Below are positions 1 through 12,065 of a DNA stretch of 64,000 bases, piece after piece; position 1 is the stretch's first letter; each line of letters begins with the position of its first letter. The DNA lies in NCBI GenBank assembly GCA_013239625.1, contig MU057347.1:12357388-12421387 (forward strand), written 5' to 3'. The notes under the pieces are model-generated. The model saw nothing but the letters and a program-made list of their open reading frames with translations. It did not search any database and had not been told where the DNA came from. Source of the DNA: Lama guanicoe. Taxonomy: Eukaryota. A program made the position numbers and the translations under genes.

Positions 1-1534
1 GCGTCCAATTGTATAAAGGCTCTCCCCTTGCAGGAAACTGGAATAAAGCTGATTCCATCCCATTTCTCCTCTTTTGCAAAGGAAGTCTAATTGGAAAATC
101 GTATTCTAACTCCAAGATCCAATTTTTGGGCCATTTCCCCCCAAACGCTGATATTCGGGCCAACCAGTGTTACAGAAGAAAATTATTTTTTCCCCCTAAC
201 TCCAGTATATTGTACACAGTAGGGAGTCATGTAGAGGACCAAGAACATAATACGTTAAAATTTACAGACTAAAAGCACATAGCTAGAACCACTGTATTCT
301 GATCAGAAAGGACAGGTGCAAACGGAACAAAGTGCAAGCTTGCTGAGAGAGTTCTCTATCCAGAGAAGTCTCAGATGCCAAGTCTCTGATACCGTCTGCA
401 TTAGAAACAGTATCTCCATCTTCAAAAGACTTCAAGTTTCTCAGGCCACTTTCTAGATGTATGTAACATTTAAGAGCTATGCTCAACAATCCTCACTGAA
501 ACTTTTCTTATCAAGTTTGCTTGTGTTTTGGAAGATTTCTTGCTGCTTTACCGTTGGCTAAATGTAGGCCAGGCTGGACCACCGTATTTCTTATTTAGAC
601 TGCAAGTAATTATATAAAATCCCCGTTTGTCTTGTTGCTGCCTTAATCTCAACCTCCCTTAAATACTTGTTCATCTAACAACATTACCCCACCTGTCTTG
701 TTTCTCTTGACTCTTTGCCTGTCATTGTCCCTCTAAAGACACACAGCTGTGTTTTTTTAATCTGCGCTGAATGCCTACTTAGAGAATTTCTTCTAGCTCC
801 CATTTCACTGGTTTTACCCCTTATATTTATTTTTAGTTTGCTTACTCTATCCTTAAACTGACCGGTACAATCACATTTTTCTTCTTTTTTTCCCCTGTCC
901 TGTTAAATTATCAGGTTTACTGTTCCCCATGTTGGAAGGTTTTCTCCCCTGGATGATCAGAGCAAAAAGACAAAAAACAGATTCAATGAAGTTTTGCTGC
1001 CGTCATCCAGTAGTTAACCACCGTTAGCCAATTCCTACCAAATAAAACAATCAGATGTAGATAACCTAGACAAACAATCCAGAGGCCTGGGACTCTAACG
1101 CAGGGCCGGAGTATCTCAGGGGCTGCAGTCTTTCCTGCGGTCTCTCTTGTGGGGGGCCTACTAACCCACGATCCTAGCCTGGGGTCTCCAACCCTGGGGC
1201 CTCTAGCCCAACCGAAATCTCCCCCAGGCGAGCCTCCAACCCACAATCTCGATGAGACTCTCCCCAGAGCCAGACTCACCCATGATCCTGACAAGGTTAC
1301 ATAACAAATTAGGCACAGGTGCAATTTACAATGCTACTCACCCCAAAGACGTCTGATCCAGGCACTGTTTCTTCTCTCAAAAGGGAAAGCAGCACCGAGG
1401 ACTCTGGAGGCGAGGGGGCAGGAGGAAGCAGAAACCCAACAGCTGACTCTCCAGGCAAATTCACTCTGGTTGGCCACTCAGTGTCGGTGGTGTAGGCCCG
1501 CACTCTGCTGGGGGCCACAGTGGCTTGGACAGGT
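1..1534 (-). mobile_element. Decayed class I (ERV1-type) endogenous retrovirus, 5' leader and start of gag, running off the left edge
   Basis: Gag-like translation at 40-190 on the minus strand; donor-like GG|GTGAGT on the minus strand near 1335-1343; abuts an LTR-like segment at 1535-2061. Confidence 0.7.
40..190 (-). pseudogene. gag: ERV1 gag matrix-region relic (stop and frameshifts)
   Basis: Minus strand reads KIIFFCNTGWPEY..GSWS*NTIFQLDFLCKR, with KWP and KWDGISFI in a shifted frame; resembles the class I gag pattern IFFCNTAWPQY..WP.NGS..YNTILQLDLFC...KWDEIPY. Confidence 0.75.
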
Positions 1535-2061
1535 CGTCACAAGACCTAAGTCCCTTGCTACCCAACACACATAGAAGCCAAGACTTCTTTTGGCACTGGC
1601 TTTTGAGAAGAGACTTTTGTGTGTGTGTGTGTGTGTGTGTGTGAGGTTCACTGGCAAGGAGACAGGAGGCAAAGCTGTCAAATCTGTCTCCCTGTCCAGG
1701 CTTCAGGGTGAAATTTAAGGGGTTAGGGGAATTTCAAACTTAGAAGCTGATTGGCTAGTCTTGAATCCGTCCATGTAAGTTACCCATGCTGCTGGAAGCC
1801 AGGTGTTCCTCACTGAAGGACTTCTCGCTTTGTAAAGGGCTCTGGTGGCAACATTTCTATTCTTTGTGTTCCATAGGCTAGAGATTCTTTCTTTGTTCTG
1901 GGGTCATCCTGGAAACACAGTTCCCATCTTGCAGATGCACGGTGCTGTCTCTGGGAGATAATTCAAGGTTTGATTAACCAATCAACCTATCTGAGGAGGT
2001 AAAGTCAGTTTAAATTAAGTTGGTCTATTTCAGGAGTCTCTCTATTCCAGCTTCTGTTTCC
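1535..2061 (-). mobile_element. ERV1-type LTR, probable 5' LTR of the provirus
   Basis: About 530 bp adjoining the ERV leader; layout similar to LTRs at 31041 and 33278 (AAGCCA motif near one end, CTGATTGGCT box, GTTTC end); termini degenerate. Confidence 0.65.
1618..1643. repeat. (TG)13 microsatellite
   Basis: Perfect TG run. Confidence 0.95.
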
Positions 2062-2124
2062 TTGATTTGTCCCCATCATCCTTTGAGTACATCCTAGCTT
2101 TCTGGTACAAGATGAAATATTTTT

Positions 2125-2600
2125 TAAACATGTCAAAATCATGAAAGACAAGAAAGGAGAGTTCATTGTTCTAGGAGAAGAGTCATGACAACCAGAGGCA
2201 ATGCAAGATCATTTATAGGATGACAGAATTAGGGGGAAAAGCTCTAAATTTGTATACTAAACTATATTTCTGCACCAATGTTAGATATTATGAGGGTAAA
2301 AATGGTTGGATGCTTTGTAAGAGATCTTTTTTTAATGACATATACACTGAAGTGTTTAGGCATGAAATACCATGTTGTTTGTATCATACTCTCAAGTGAT
2401 TTAGGCAAAAAAAAGAAAGAAAGAAAGAAAGAAAAAATCCAGACACATAAATAATACACACAGAGGCTGAAGCAAACACGGTCCAGTGTTGCCAGCTGGT
2501 GGCTGAGATAAAGGGGATGTGATATGTGGGTGTTCACTATTCTACTCTTTAAACTTCTCTGGAGCTTTGACATTTTTCAAAATAATAAGTTGGGGAAAAT
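2125..2600 (+). mobile_element. Old L1 (L1MC-like) 3' UTR fragment
   Basis: ATACACTGAAGTGTTTAGG, GGTGTTCACTATTCTACTCTT and TTTTCAAAATAATAAGTT motifs typical of L1MC 3' ends. Confidence 0.7.
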
Positions 2601-2884
2601 GAAAAGAAAATCAAATAAATCAGACAGGGAACGGGAATTGTGGTTGGGGACAAGGCTTTGGCCCTCTGCCTGCCCTGTAAAAATAGCTTCTATCACAGCT
2701 GCCTCTGTGTGACGTGAGGAATCACACACCGTGTGCTTTTACCCACTAAAGGATAAGTCTAGACAGATTTGGAGAGCAGTTGTTTCCCTGTCATTCAGGA
2801 GAAGGATACTAAGGCAAAGAGGGAAAGAGGGAGGGAAGGAAGAAAAGAAGGATGGAGGGAGGAGGGATGGAAGGGAGGTGGCAG

Positions 2885-3020
2885 GAATTTACTGATCAGC
2901 ACGTCTGAGGCAGGCACTGCGTTAGATCCTTCCTTCTACCTTATTCATCTGTTTCTAGCCACGCCCTTTAAAAGACAAGAAAATTGAGGCTTAGAGAAGT
3001 CAAAAACCTGTCCCTTGGCC
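2885..3020 (-). mobile_element. MIR fragment
   Basis: GAAAATTGAGGCTTAGAGAAGTCAA core. Confidence 0.55.
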
Positions 3021-4628
3021 ACAAAATAAAAACTGGTTATCTCAGATAATGTTGTCCAATAAAGAAATGTGATTAAATCAATTAATCGTAAGAAGAGAGG
3101 GTCAAATTTATCCGAACAGAGAGATTTCTAAAATCCTGACCACAGTTTATTGTTTTTAAAAGAAAGTTTTGTAGCAGGAAGGATTTGTGCCCTTTAGTCT
3201 GAAACATAGGTAAAGACACCTGAGCCTCCCACCTCTGCTGAACCTTGGGATCAGAGGCTGAGTACAGGAAAGCTAGGGGGCTTCCTCCTCAATTTGAAAA
3301 GCTCCCAAGGCTGTTATGACCCACACAGGTTTCCACCTTCTACTGTATTACAGTGAGGTGGCTGGTGCGTGAGAATGCTGATGTTTTATTTGGGGTGAAC
3401 GGGTGGGGATATATTCCACCTTTCCACTGCCCTACCCTGGCTCCAGGCCACCTGTAGCCATGGAACAAAAGGATACACTCACCAACATAACCAGCATCCA
3501 ATGAACACACTTTCTGATCGTGCTCCCGGAGAGACAAGCAAATCAGCCGATTACAGCAGCTTCGTTAACAACATGCCACGTTCAGGCAATTTGTGTCTGC
3601 TTCCCACATGGACAAAGAAATTAAAAAGGAACCAAATCAACATCTTGGAAGGAAAAATATCTTTGATGAACGAATTAAAGTGAAAGATTTCTTGGTTACT
3701 GAAAGTATCAGAAGTGATTCTCATTCTGAGGTCAAAAGCCAGCAACCCCTCCCCAAAATGGTTTCCGCCATTCCTTCAGGAAAGTATTCATTCAGGGCCT
3801 ACGATGTGTCAGGTGCGACATGGAAAATTCGGGGGAAAGTAGAACAAGGAGGATCTTAATCAAAGAGTCAAACAGATGTGGCAGATATGACCTCTCTGTC
3901 CACATCTCCTGAGGTCTGGTGTCTCTCAAGATCCAGGTTAACAATGGGCTGGGAAGGAGACAGACGCCATGTGTGCTGAGTGAGCAGAGCTGGTTTGCAA
4001 GCTGTTGGAGCCTCACAAGGTGGTGGGCCCGACTGTGTCTTTGAAGCTCCTTTCTGAGGTTATGTCATCCTGAGGGGCTCCTGTCCTCCTCTCCCCAACT
4101 CCATCACAGTCCTGGTCTGCGCAGAGTGACTGACCACTGGCCACGTGGGGACCAGAAGAGGTGGGGCCTCTGGGACAAGGTGAACAGGCCAGGGAGTCGG
4201 ACTCTTCTTTTTGTGTGTGCTTGGCCCATAGGATAGGTCGACTTATTACAAACTCTTAACACCCCTTTCCTTGTCTGATAGGTGAATTCTGCTAGTCAGG
4301 GGTCTGAGATCTTTGCACCACCCAGGGTCAGTTGCTCCTGAGACAAATCATTTCAGCACCCGGGACAGCTCCTGGCACATAGTAAGCCCTCAGTGAGTAT
4401 CCGTGTAAAGACTGACTATATGTCGTAGAACAAGACCAAGGCGGCTGTTGGTGGACGGAGGCTGAGGAGCAGAAGTGGTCTCAGCACAGTAATTTCAGGG
4501 CTCTCGATCCCTTTCTAGTGAAGTGCGTGTAAGGAGAAAGCTGGACATGGGAGCCCCTGGGAGTGGGGCCCAAATTTGATAACAGGGGTTTCCACCCAAA
4601 AGTCAAGGTTGTGCATGAGATGTGACTG

Positions 4629-4806
4629 CAGTGGCATGTAGGTAAACTGATGCTTTAGGAAAAGAAAAACAACCCTGATTTGTAGCAACTGCTGATTTCC
4701 ATGGTGTAAATTCTCTTACCATGGCTGGTTCCAAGCCACCAGTTAGTAAAATTCCCTAACGTTTCACAATTGGCTCTCAGAGCTATCTGCCCTCTGCACA
4801 CCACTG
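4629..4806 (-). mobile_element. hAT MITE, MER63-like
   Basis: Terminal CAGTGG...CCACTG inverted ends; internal CCCTGATTTGTAGC...TTTCCATGGTGTAAAT. Confidence 0.7.
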
Positions 4807-5339
4807 GGTGTGAGTGGCCAGGTGAGTCCCCACGAGGGGGTCTCACAGTGCCATGGGGCTGTCAGGGAGCATGTACATCTCACTGCACAACAGGAGGCAT
4901 TCCTTGAGTCACCCACAAGGTCACAGAAAATGAGGATCTGGCAGTTTCAGACCAACTAATACTACAGAAGAGAAACCAGCAGGGATGAGGATGAGGCAGG
5001 GTCTTCAAGAGAGAACCAGGACTGTGAGAGGATTAGGAGAGGCCCCTGGGGAGGCTTCAGAAAGCCCTTGAGGCTTTTTGAAAATGATGCTCCTTTGATC
5101 AGGCTGCAAAAGTCAAACGTGGAGGGAAAGATGTTGACTGTGCTACAATTTTATCAGAAAAATTATGCAAAACATTAGTGCTTGATTCGTTCTTTGATTA
5201 CCCTAAGAATTAGGGCACATTTGCCACTATCTCCTAAAAGTTGTGAAATATGAGCTAAAAACTTATTTTTCATTGAATTTTGCTTCATTTTTTTTCTAGA
5301 CAAAGCCCTTAGTTAAGAAGAGATGGTTGAGAGGAGGAA

Positions 5340-5510
5340 TTCTGACAGTTCCAATTACTAGCTGGCAACATTCCTGTGCCTCAGTGTCCTCATCTGAAAA
5401 ATGGGGATAATAGTGACGGTATCTGTGGTACAGAGGACTGAGTGATTTAATACATGTAGGGTACTGAGAACAGCATTTGGCTGAAAGTAAATCCCAGGTA
5501 CATGTTTGTT
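5340..5510 (+). mobile_element. MIR
   Basis: CTGTGCCTCAGTGTCCTCATCTGAAAAATGGGGATAATAG core. Confidence 0.8.
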
Positions 5511-5729
5511 AAATCACAAAACATTTACTATGAAACTTTGGCACCTAATTTAATTGGATTTGCCTCAAATGGCTTTTTTATCTGTTTAGATTGTCCTCAG
5601 ATGATAATAAAGAACTTGTGTGGTCCTTGCTGGGAAGGAAGGGCACCATGGTGTCATGGAACTGACGCAGGTCCTAAGCGGACCCAGGTCCTGAGCTAGG
5701 GTATGAGGATGAAGAGAGACACAGAAAAA

Positions 5730-6050
5730 TCCGCCAAGGAGGTGACATTTCATCTGAGACATGACAGGTGAGCTGCAGGTAAGCTAGGTGAGGAACTGGG
5801 GTGCAGTGGTGAGGGAACATTCCAGGAGGAGGGAATGGCATGTGCAAAGGACCTGAGGTGCTGGGAGTCTGGTATGTCCAAGGCCAGAGGAGAGGCCAGT
5901 GTGACCAGGACCTAGTGAACACAAAGATGAGTTGTGGGAGGTGGGACTGGCAAGGGGCAGGGACCTAGGAACTTTAGCTGCATCCTAAGGGCTTTGGGCA
6001 GCCACTGGAAGGTTTGGAGCAGGGATGTGACTGGGATCATGTTTGCCTCT
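5730..6050 (-). mobile_element. L2 fragment
   Basis: CATTCCAGGAGGAGGGAATGGCATGTGCAAAGGACCTGAGG and GCCACTGGAAGGTTTGGAGCAGGG motifs. Confidence 0.75.
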
Positions 6051-6569
6051 TTGAATGTTCCCAGTTATAATGGGATGGCCTCCTTGTCAGGGCTGTTCTC
6101 ATTCCCCACTACAGCCTGTTTCATAGCTAAGAAGTAAGGTGGGACGGCAGACCTGTGTTTTAGGGCCTTGGTCACATCTCAGGAGAAAGTCGGAGAGATG
6201 GTCAGGAAACATTCAACAAGGAGCTCCAGCGTGGACAGCAGGTCTGAGAGTCAGTCAGCAACAGTGGCTTGTTCTGTGGACCGAGCCTGAAGCAGGGCTT
6301 TGAGGAGGAGCATCAGGACAGGCCTGGAGTCACAGGGGCGATGGGGGGACCGGTGAAAGGGTCAGAATGGAAGAACCCGGCTCTGGGAGTATCGGCTGGT
6401 GAGCACCAGCTGAGAAAGTTTCAGTCCCTCCAGGGCTGAAGGTTTACGTGGGCACCTGGGAGACACTGGCACACCTCCAAGCAAACAGCTTCAGTGCCCG
6501 TGGTTTACATCGCTGCAAAATGTTAAAATTACTAAAATTCCTTGAGCCTCTCTGTTTCATCTATGCTTA

Positions 6570-7680
6570 TTGTGGGCTGAATTAACTATTTCATTAAGTA
6601 ACACAAGTAGCATTTGGATTTAAAAAAAATAGAGAATTAACTAAAAATAGCTGAAGCGGTGGAATTCCATCACAGGGACATTTATGAATAATTAAGGGGC
6701 CAACAACACAGGGCTGTTTGTCAGTGAGACCCTCCCCCTCAGCCTGCTGCTGTTCCCTTCCTGACACTGGCAAGACTTTGTTTTCTAGCTTGAAGAGTCT
6801 CTTAATTAAATTGTATTTGTCAAGAAGGAGAGATGTATTTGTGTTTCCTCTGGCTCTCATTGTTATAAACTTTGCAATGTTTTCTCTGAAAAATGTTCCT
6901 TTTCTGCTCGAAAGAGCTGCATTGTCGCTTTTTCTTTCTTCTGTTGTGGGGAGGAAATGCTACAGGTTCTTTGTCAGGCAATCAATTATCCTCCATAAAA
7001 GATCCCTGCAGTCGTCATCTGAAAATGATGGCTTCTGAAGAATAATAAAATGCCATTTTAACATACTGTCACCTGTCAGAGTGATTTTGCTCCCCCTCAG
7101 GGTCATAAAGCCTGTCAATTGTCCGTGTTAATGACCTCTGGCTCTGAATGTGGTCATTTCTGTTTGTCACGTCTGGGTTTCATTGTTGACACCGTATTTC
7201 TTTTAACTTCTCAGAACCCCTGTAATGATGCCCCAATTAGTAATGCATCCTTCCCTTCCTTCCATCTCACTCTGATTGCTCTAATTTGTGTCCCTCGACA
7301 GAACTCCCATCATGCATGTCATCTGTGCCTCTGTGTGGAGTAGGAAGTTCTCAAGTTCAAGGTCTCTGGCAGGTAAACAACAATTGAAGCAATTTCAAGT
7401 TCGTGGACATCCTCGGCACTCAACATCAACCACTCCATCAAGAAAGCAGGACTTGGTATTGTTGGTGAGTAGCAGATAATTTATGAGCTTGTCAGCATAA
7501 TCCATGGTCCCTGATCTGTATCAGTACAAAATAAGAAACCATTTAAGAGGTGTCAGGAAAACATGGCACGCCCCCCCCAACCATTTGACATTGACTCATT
7601 CATGTATGAAATTGAGTCTTTGTGATGGTGAAACATTAAAGATCCTGTGTAGTCAAATTAATATCATGAAACCAGAGAGT
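6570..7680. promoter_or_regulatory. Candidate conserved non-coding element / developmental enhancer
   Basis: AT-rich block with no recognisable repeat; 13 TGACA/TGTCA sites between 6719 and 7590, plus TAATTA and TTTAT(G) homeodomain motifs. Confidence 0.5.
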
Positions 7681-9259
7681 GGAAACAGGTTATTAAATGT
7701 CCCCTAGTTTGCCTTCCTTCATTAGGCAGAAGAAAACAAACAGAAGGCTTAGATGCAAAAGTGAATCCATGCCCACGGATTCCTGAAACCAGCACAGACT
7801 GAGAAAGGAAAGAGGGGTAGATGCCCCAGATAACGCAGGTTAAAAGGCTTTTACTGGAAAGATCACAGTCATCCAGGTAGCTTGTAGACTCTGCCATAGC
7901 TTATCCATCCTTTCTTCTTGCAGAAGGACCTCAGGGTTCACACCAACGTTTAGTGGAAATGGCGAAGCATCATTGGAATTCCTGGAGCCAAAGACAGATG
8001 TTCAGGGCCCAGCCCTGCAGCCGCCTGTGAACTGGGCAGAACATCTTCCTTCCCTGGGCCTCAGTTTCCTCATCAATAAACTTCACAAGCCTTTTGACAT
8101 TCCCTGGTGTTGCCCACTGCAAGATAAGGGAGACTGAGAGCTGGTAGAGAACCCACTTCTGCTGGAATTTCAGGAGGAGAAATCTACGGGGCATCCTGAG
8201 ATTTGTCCTGGGGAGAATGAGGCCTTGAAGTTACACATGAGTTGTGTAGGAATCATAGCCTCTAATGGGACATCAGACTTTCAGACTTACCAAAAAAATA
8301 GCTGTTTAGGGTGGGAGAATCCCTCCCTCACCAACCGGGTAAATGGGAGATGAGCAGATCCCGTGCACCGACGCTGAGTCAGTTCCTGCCGTGGGAGACA
8401 GGTGAGGCTGACGGAATCTGACGTGGGATAAACCATGTGTCTGAGGCCCGTCCCTTACATTTTACATCTTTCTTTATTTCCCAATTTCCCTCCACTAAAA
8501 AATGAGTTCCCAAGGGAAGGGATTGGGGCCTGAGTTTTCTCTCTTTCATCTCAAGCCCTTGCAGGATTTCCAGCACCTAGTAGACCTTCAATAAATATCT
8601 TTGGCATGAACAAATGAACAACCCAGTGCAGTCATAGAACAGCCTTAGCCGGGAAAGAAGGAAGATGTGGTTCTTGCAGCAGGAGTAGTCAGTCTCTCAC
8701 TCCTGTTTTGTGATCCTGGAGAAGGCGATGGGGAGGCAGAACCCTCAGGTCTTCACTGGACTGCGGCCTCTCACCTCCGTGTCTTGGCTCCCAGTGCAGA
8801 GGTGGCGTGGACGGGGGACGGGTGAACTCTCTCCTCCTTTCTCCCCTCCCTGTCGCCCCCACTCCCGGCCTCCTCACTTGGCCTGGGGAGAGGCCCTCAC
8901 AGCTGCTGCCTTCGCTCCTACACTTCACTTCCCAGTGCTTCCATGGAGCCCAGGCCACTGCTTTAAAGCAGGAAGGAGCCCGCACAGCCTTGAACTGGTG
9001 TTTATGCCACGCACTTGTCTGCTCTTCAGTGCACTTAGGGAGTCGTGTTAAAGTGGGGGGCTGTCTGCTGACCACACTCCCACACTGGGCGGCACGTCCG
9101 TCCTTGAAGGGAGATCGAGGCAGCGCATCTCCCCGCCCCCACAGCCTGGTGATGGTCACCGGGGGCTGAGGTGACACTCAGGCTTGTCCTCTGGCCAGCA
9201 GTGTGTGTGGGAAAGGACCAGACCTTGGAATCAGTTTCTGAATCTATGAAACGGGAGGA

Positions 9260-9450
9260 GCACTGAAGTGCACTGAGTCTAAGGTGCGCCGTTTTCACAT
9301 GTTAGTGTCTCTTGGATCTGGTTGTGTCATATAATCGATGGAGTCTCACCGTTGCCTCATAATTTAATTGTCACTGTTTTCTTAGTGACACGTGAAACAA
9401 TGACGCATCATCTGGTCAGTTTTGTCTTCGATGTGTGAAGTGCAGTGTCA
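9260..9450. mobile_element. Ancient DNA-transposon MITE (TcMar-like), decayed
   Basis: CACTGAGTCTAAGGTGC at the left end and GTCTTCGATGTGTGAAGTGCAGTG at the right form loose inverted termini. Confidence 0.4.
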
Positions 9451-11889
9451 TCCGCGTTGAGCAACTATCATGAAGGTCAGATGTGACAACACGGGGCTGA
9501 GAGGCCTTTGCAAATTGTAAAACACTGCACGGTCCCCAGCTCTGCCTGGAGAGCATCCTTGGCAGACGTGCCTCCTCTCCAGGCCTCAAGGTCCTCATCC
9601 TTTCACTGAGGACGGTGGACTGGACCCGGGATGCTGAGAACTGCTCTGCTGGGTGATGTCTCAACCAGCCCAAGGGCAGGGGGCCCAGCACGGCCACTGT
9701 AAGCAGAGTTGTCCCGAATGGAATGGAGACGAAAGCCCCGGATGAGATGACTCTGAGGGACCTTCTGGACCTGACGCTCTGGGAGGGGTGAGGGCCTCCC
9801 TGAGGACCTGAGGGGAGGGCGGCTGGTAGAGGCTGGCCCCGCACACTCCGGGGCACCACCCATGCCCACTCTGGTGGGAACGGGCCCCCTGGAGGTGTGC
9901 AGGGATCGAGCCACATGATCACATCTGCTGGCCTCCATACTGCTCTTCAGGGAATGGGGTGAGAGGCCCCGAAAACGTGCTGCTCAGCACACAGCACGGG
10001 GGGCCTTACAGAGAGAGGCCACTGCGGAGAAAATGGAAACCTGACAATGACGCTGTTTCCCAAGACAGGTCGGCCGCGAGACGTGTGTATATCAGCTGTG
10101 TCTACACGGGAAATGCAGCAAGTGATTTGTTCCTGATCTAATCTCGTTATGGGCAGTTAAGGGCTGTTCTGTCCAGCTGGGCACCTGGAGGCAGGTGTGT
10201 CCATGGGACTCACTGTTCCAACCCCCTCCCCCGGGCGCCGACCACAGCCCTGGAGCCGCTGTGGGGACCGGAGGTGTGCGGGTGGCGTGATCGGAGGCAT
10301 TTGTGCCCATTAGCCTCAACTTCTGGCTTGCTGCTCGCAGAAGCTGTAGCTTTTTGTTTTCTAAATGAAAAATCATCTTTATTATGAAAGTGATAAATAT
10401 TCATTGTAAAAGAAAATGATCGTGCCAGGACAGCCTTGTCACATTTCAGCCGGAGTCCAGAGCCCTGAGAGCTGCCTTTTCCATAAAGATGCGTCCTGTG
10501 TCCCCTGCCCCGCCTGCCTCCACGGGGAAGCTGAGAGTCATTAGTCCGGCCCCCAAGGCTCACTGTGGTCCTGTCCCAGGTGACACGTAGGGGACAGGGT
10601 CATTTCCAGCCACCCAGGATCCCCCCCCCCGAAGCTGCCCGATGTCCTTTGGGAATTGCCTCCCCCTGAGGGAGGGGTGCGGGGTAACTCCTGGTGACAC
10701 CTCCCTCCATCAAAGCTGCGGGGCGAGGGCCTCGCTCTCCACCCAGCTTTCCTGAGGGGTGGGTACAGGTGTAAGCCTGGCCCCTCACACGCTCTTTCCT
10801 GGACTTTGTTTTGAGCAAGTGAAGGAAAGAAGAGGGAGCAGGGGGAGGGCACTTCTCCCAGGGCAGCGCCCTGACAGCCCGTCCCAGCGTGAGATGCTCT
10901 GTTTTGGCCCCACGGATTCCTGTGGTTCCTGCCTGGCCCTCCCCGCCTCTTGCAGCCTGTGGGGTTGAGACCCTGCAGAGAAAGCCCACTGTGCTCACAT
11001 CACCCGTGTGGGTCTCTATTGCTCAGCACGAGGATTCCTAACTGCCCCGTGGCCCACCTGGCCACCCAGGTGAGGGCACCCCTCCCCCTGCTCTCCTGAC
11101 GCCAGAAGAAATGATAGCCCTCGGGTGCCAGCTCTCACCAGGATCCCTCCTTTGAAACTCTGAGACCTTGTCTCCGTAGGAGAAAACAAAGGATCTTGGT
11201 GAGGTAACTTCTGGTCGAGCAGGACAGACACCCATTCAGACCAGGTGGACTTCAGGAAGGGGCTGCATTGCTGGGACACAGGACATCTGCAGGAAGGGGG
11301 AAGTGCGAGGTGGGGCCCAGGCTCAGGAGGGCAGGACCCTTACCTTCTCCTAGGTGAGTTATCCTAGTTGAAAGGGCACCCCCCTCCTTTCCATTTGTAG
11401 CAGACCATGTCTTTGATGGAGTTTCATTTGAACAATTATTCTGACCAATTGCAGTGGCCAGGGAGACGCAGACACTGATGGACCAGGACTGGGTCATGTC
11501 CACCCAAACTCCAGAGATAGAAAATTAGGGAGAGATGGCTTTTCCAAAGGGGAATTGGGAACCAGAGCAAGGAGTGACAGATGCTGGTTAACAAACCTGT
11601 GATGTCCCAACACTCATCTCTCCTGTCACTCGTGGGGTGTGTCTCTGTGGTACCCTCTGTAGTCTGGAGGACTCAGCTCTCATCCTCTCCTGTTCCTGGC
11701 TCCAAGCCTGCCCTCCTGGAGCACAGGTTTCAGAGAATGGGGTGTTGGAGGAGCAGTGATGTCTCCTGACCTGATACCCTGCAGGTGCCCTCCCATGGGG
11801 CAGCTCCTTACCCTCCTCGGCCGTGGGTCATGCCTCCTGACCATTTCTGGGGACAACACACTAGGGTCTTTGAAGCTCATGTAAGAGTG

Positions 11890-12065
11890 TGGCTGGAATG
11901 AAGACCAATTTGTGGTTCCTATCCTGTTTCTCAGGAGCTTTGTGACCTCAAGCAAGTTCCTCAGCTTCTCTGATCTTTCTCATCTGAAAGATGGCCCAAG
12001 AATGCCTTTCTACAAGGGTATGAGCATTGGGTGAAATGATATTAAAGTGCACTTGTAAGCCATCA
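11890..12065 (+). mobile_element. MIR
   Basis: TGTGACCTCAAGCAAGTTCCTCAGCTTCTCTG..CTCATCTGAAAGATGG. Confidence 0.65.

Noticed and set aside
380-470. Second gag-like KWPE motif in the ERV leader
   Set aside because: Only a few residues; cannot be distinguished from chance
1510-1535. ERV primer-binding site
   Set aside because: Too degenerate to assign to any tRNA 3' end
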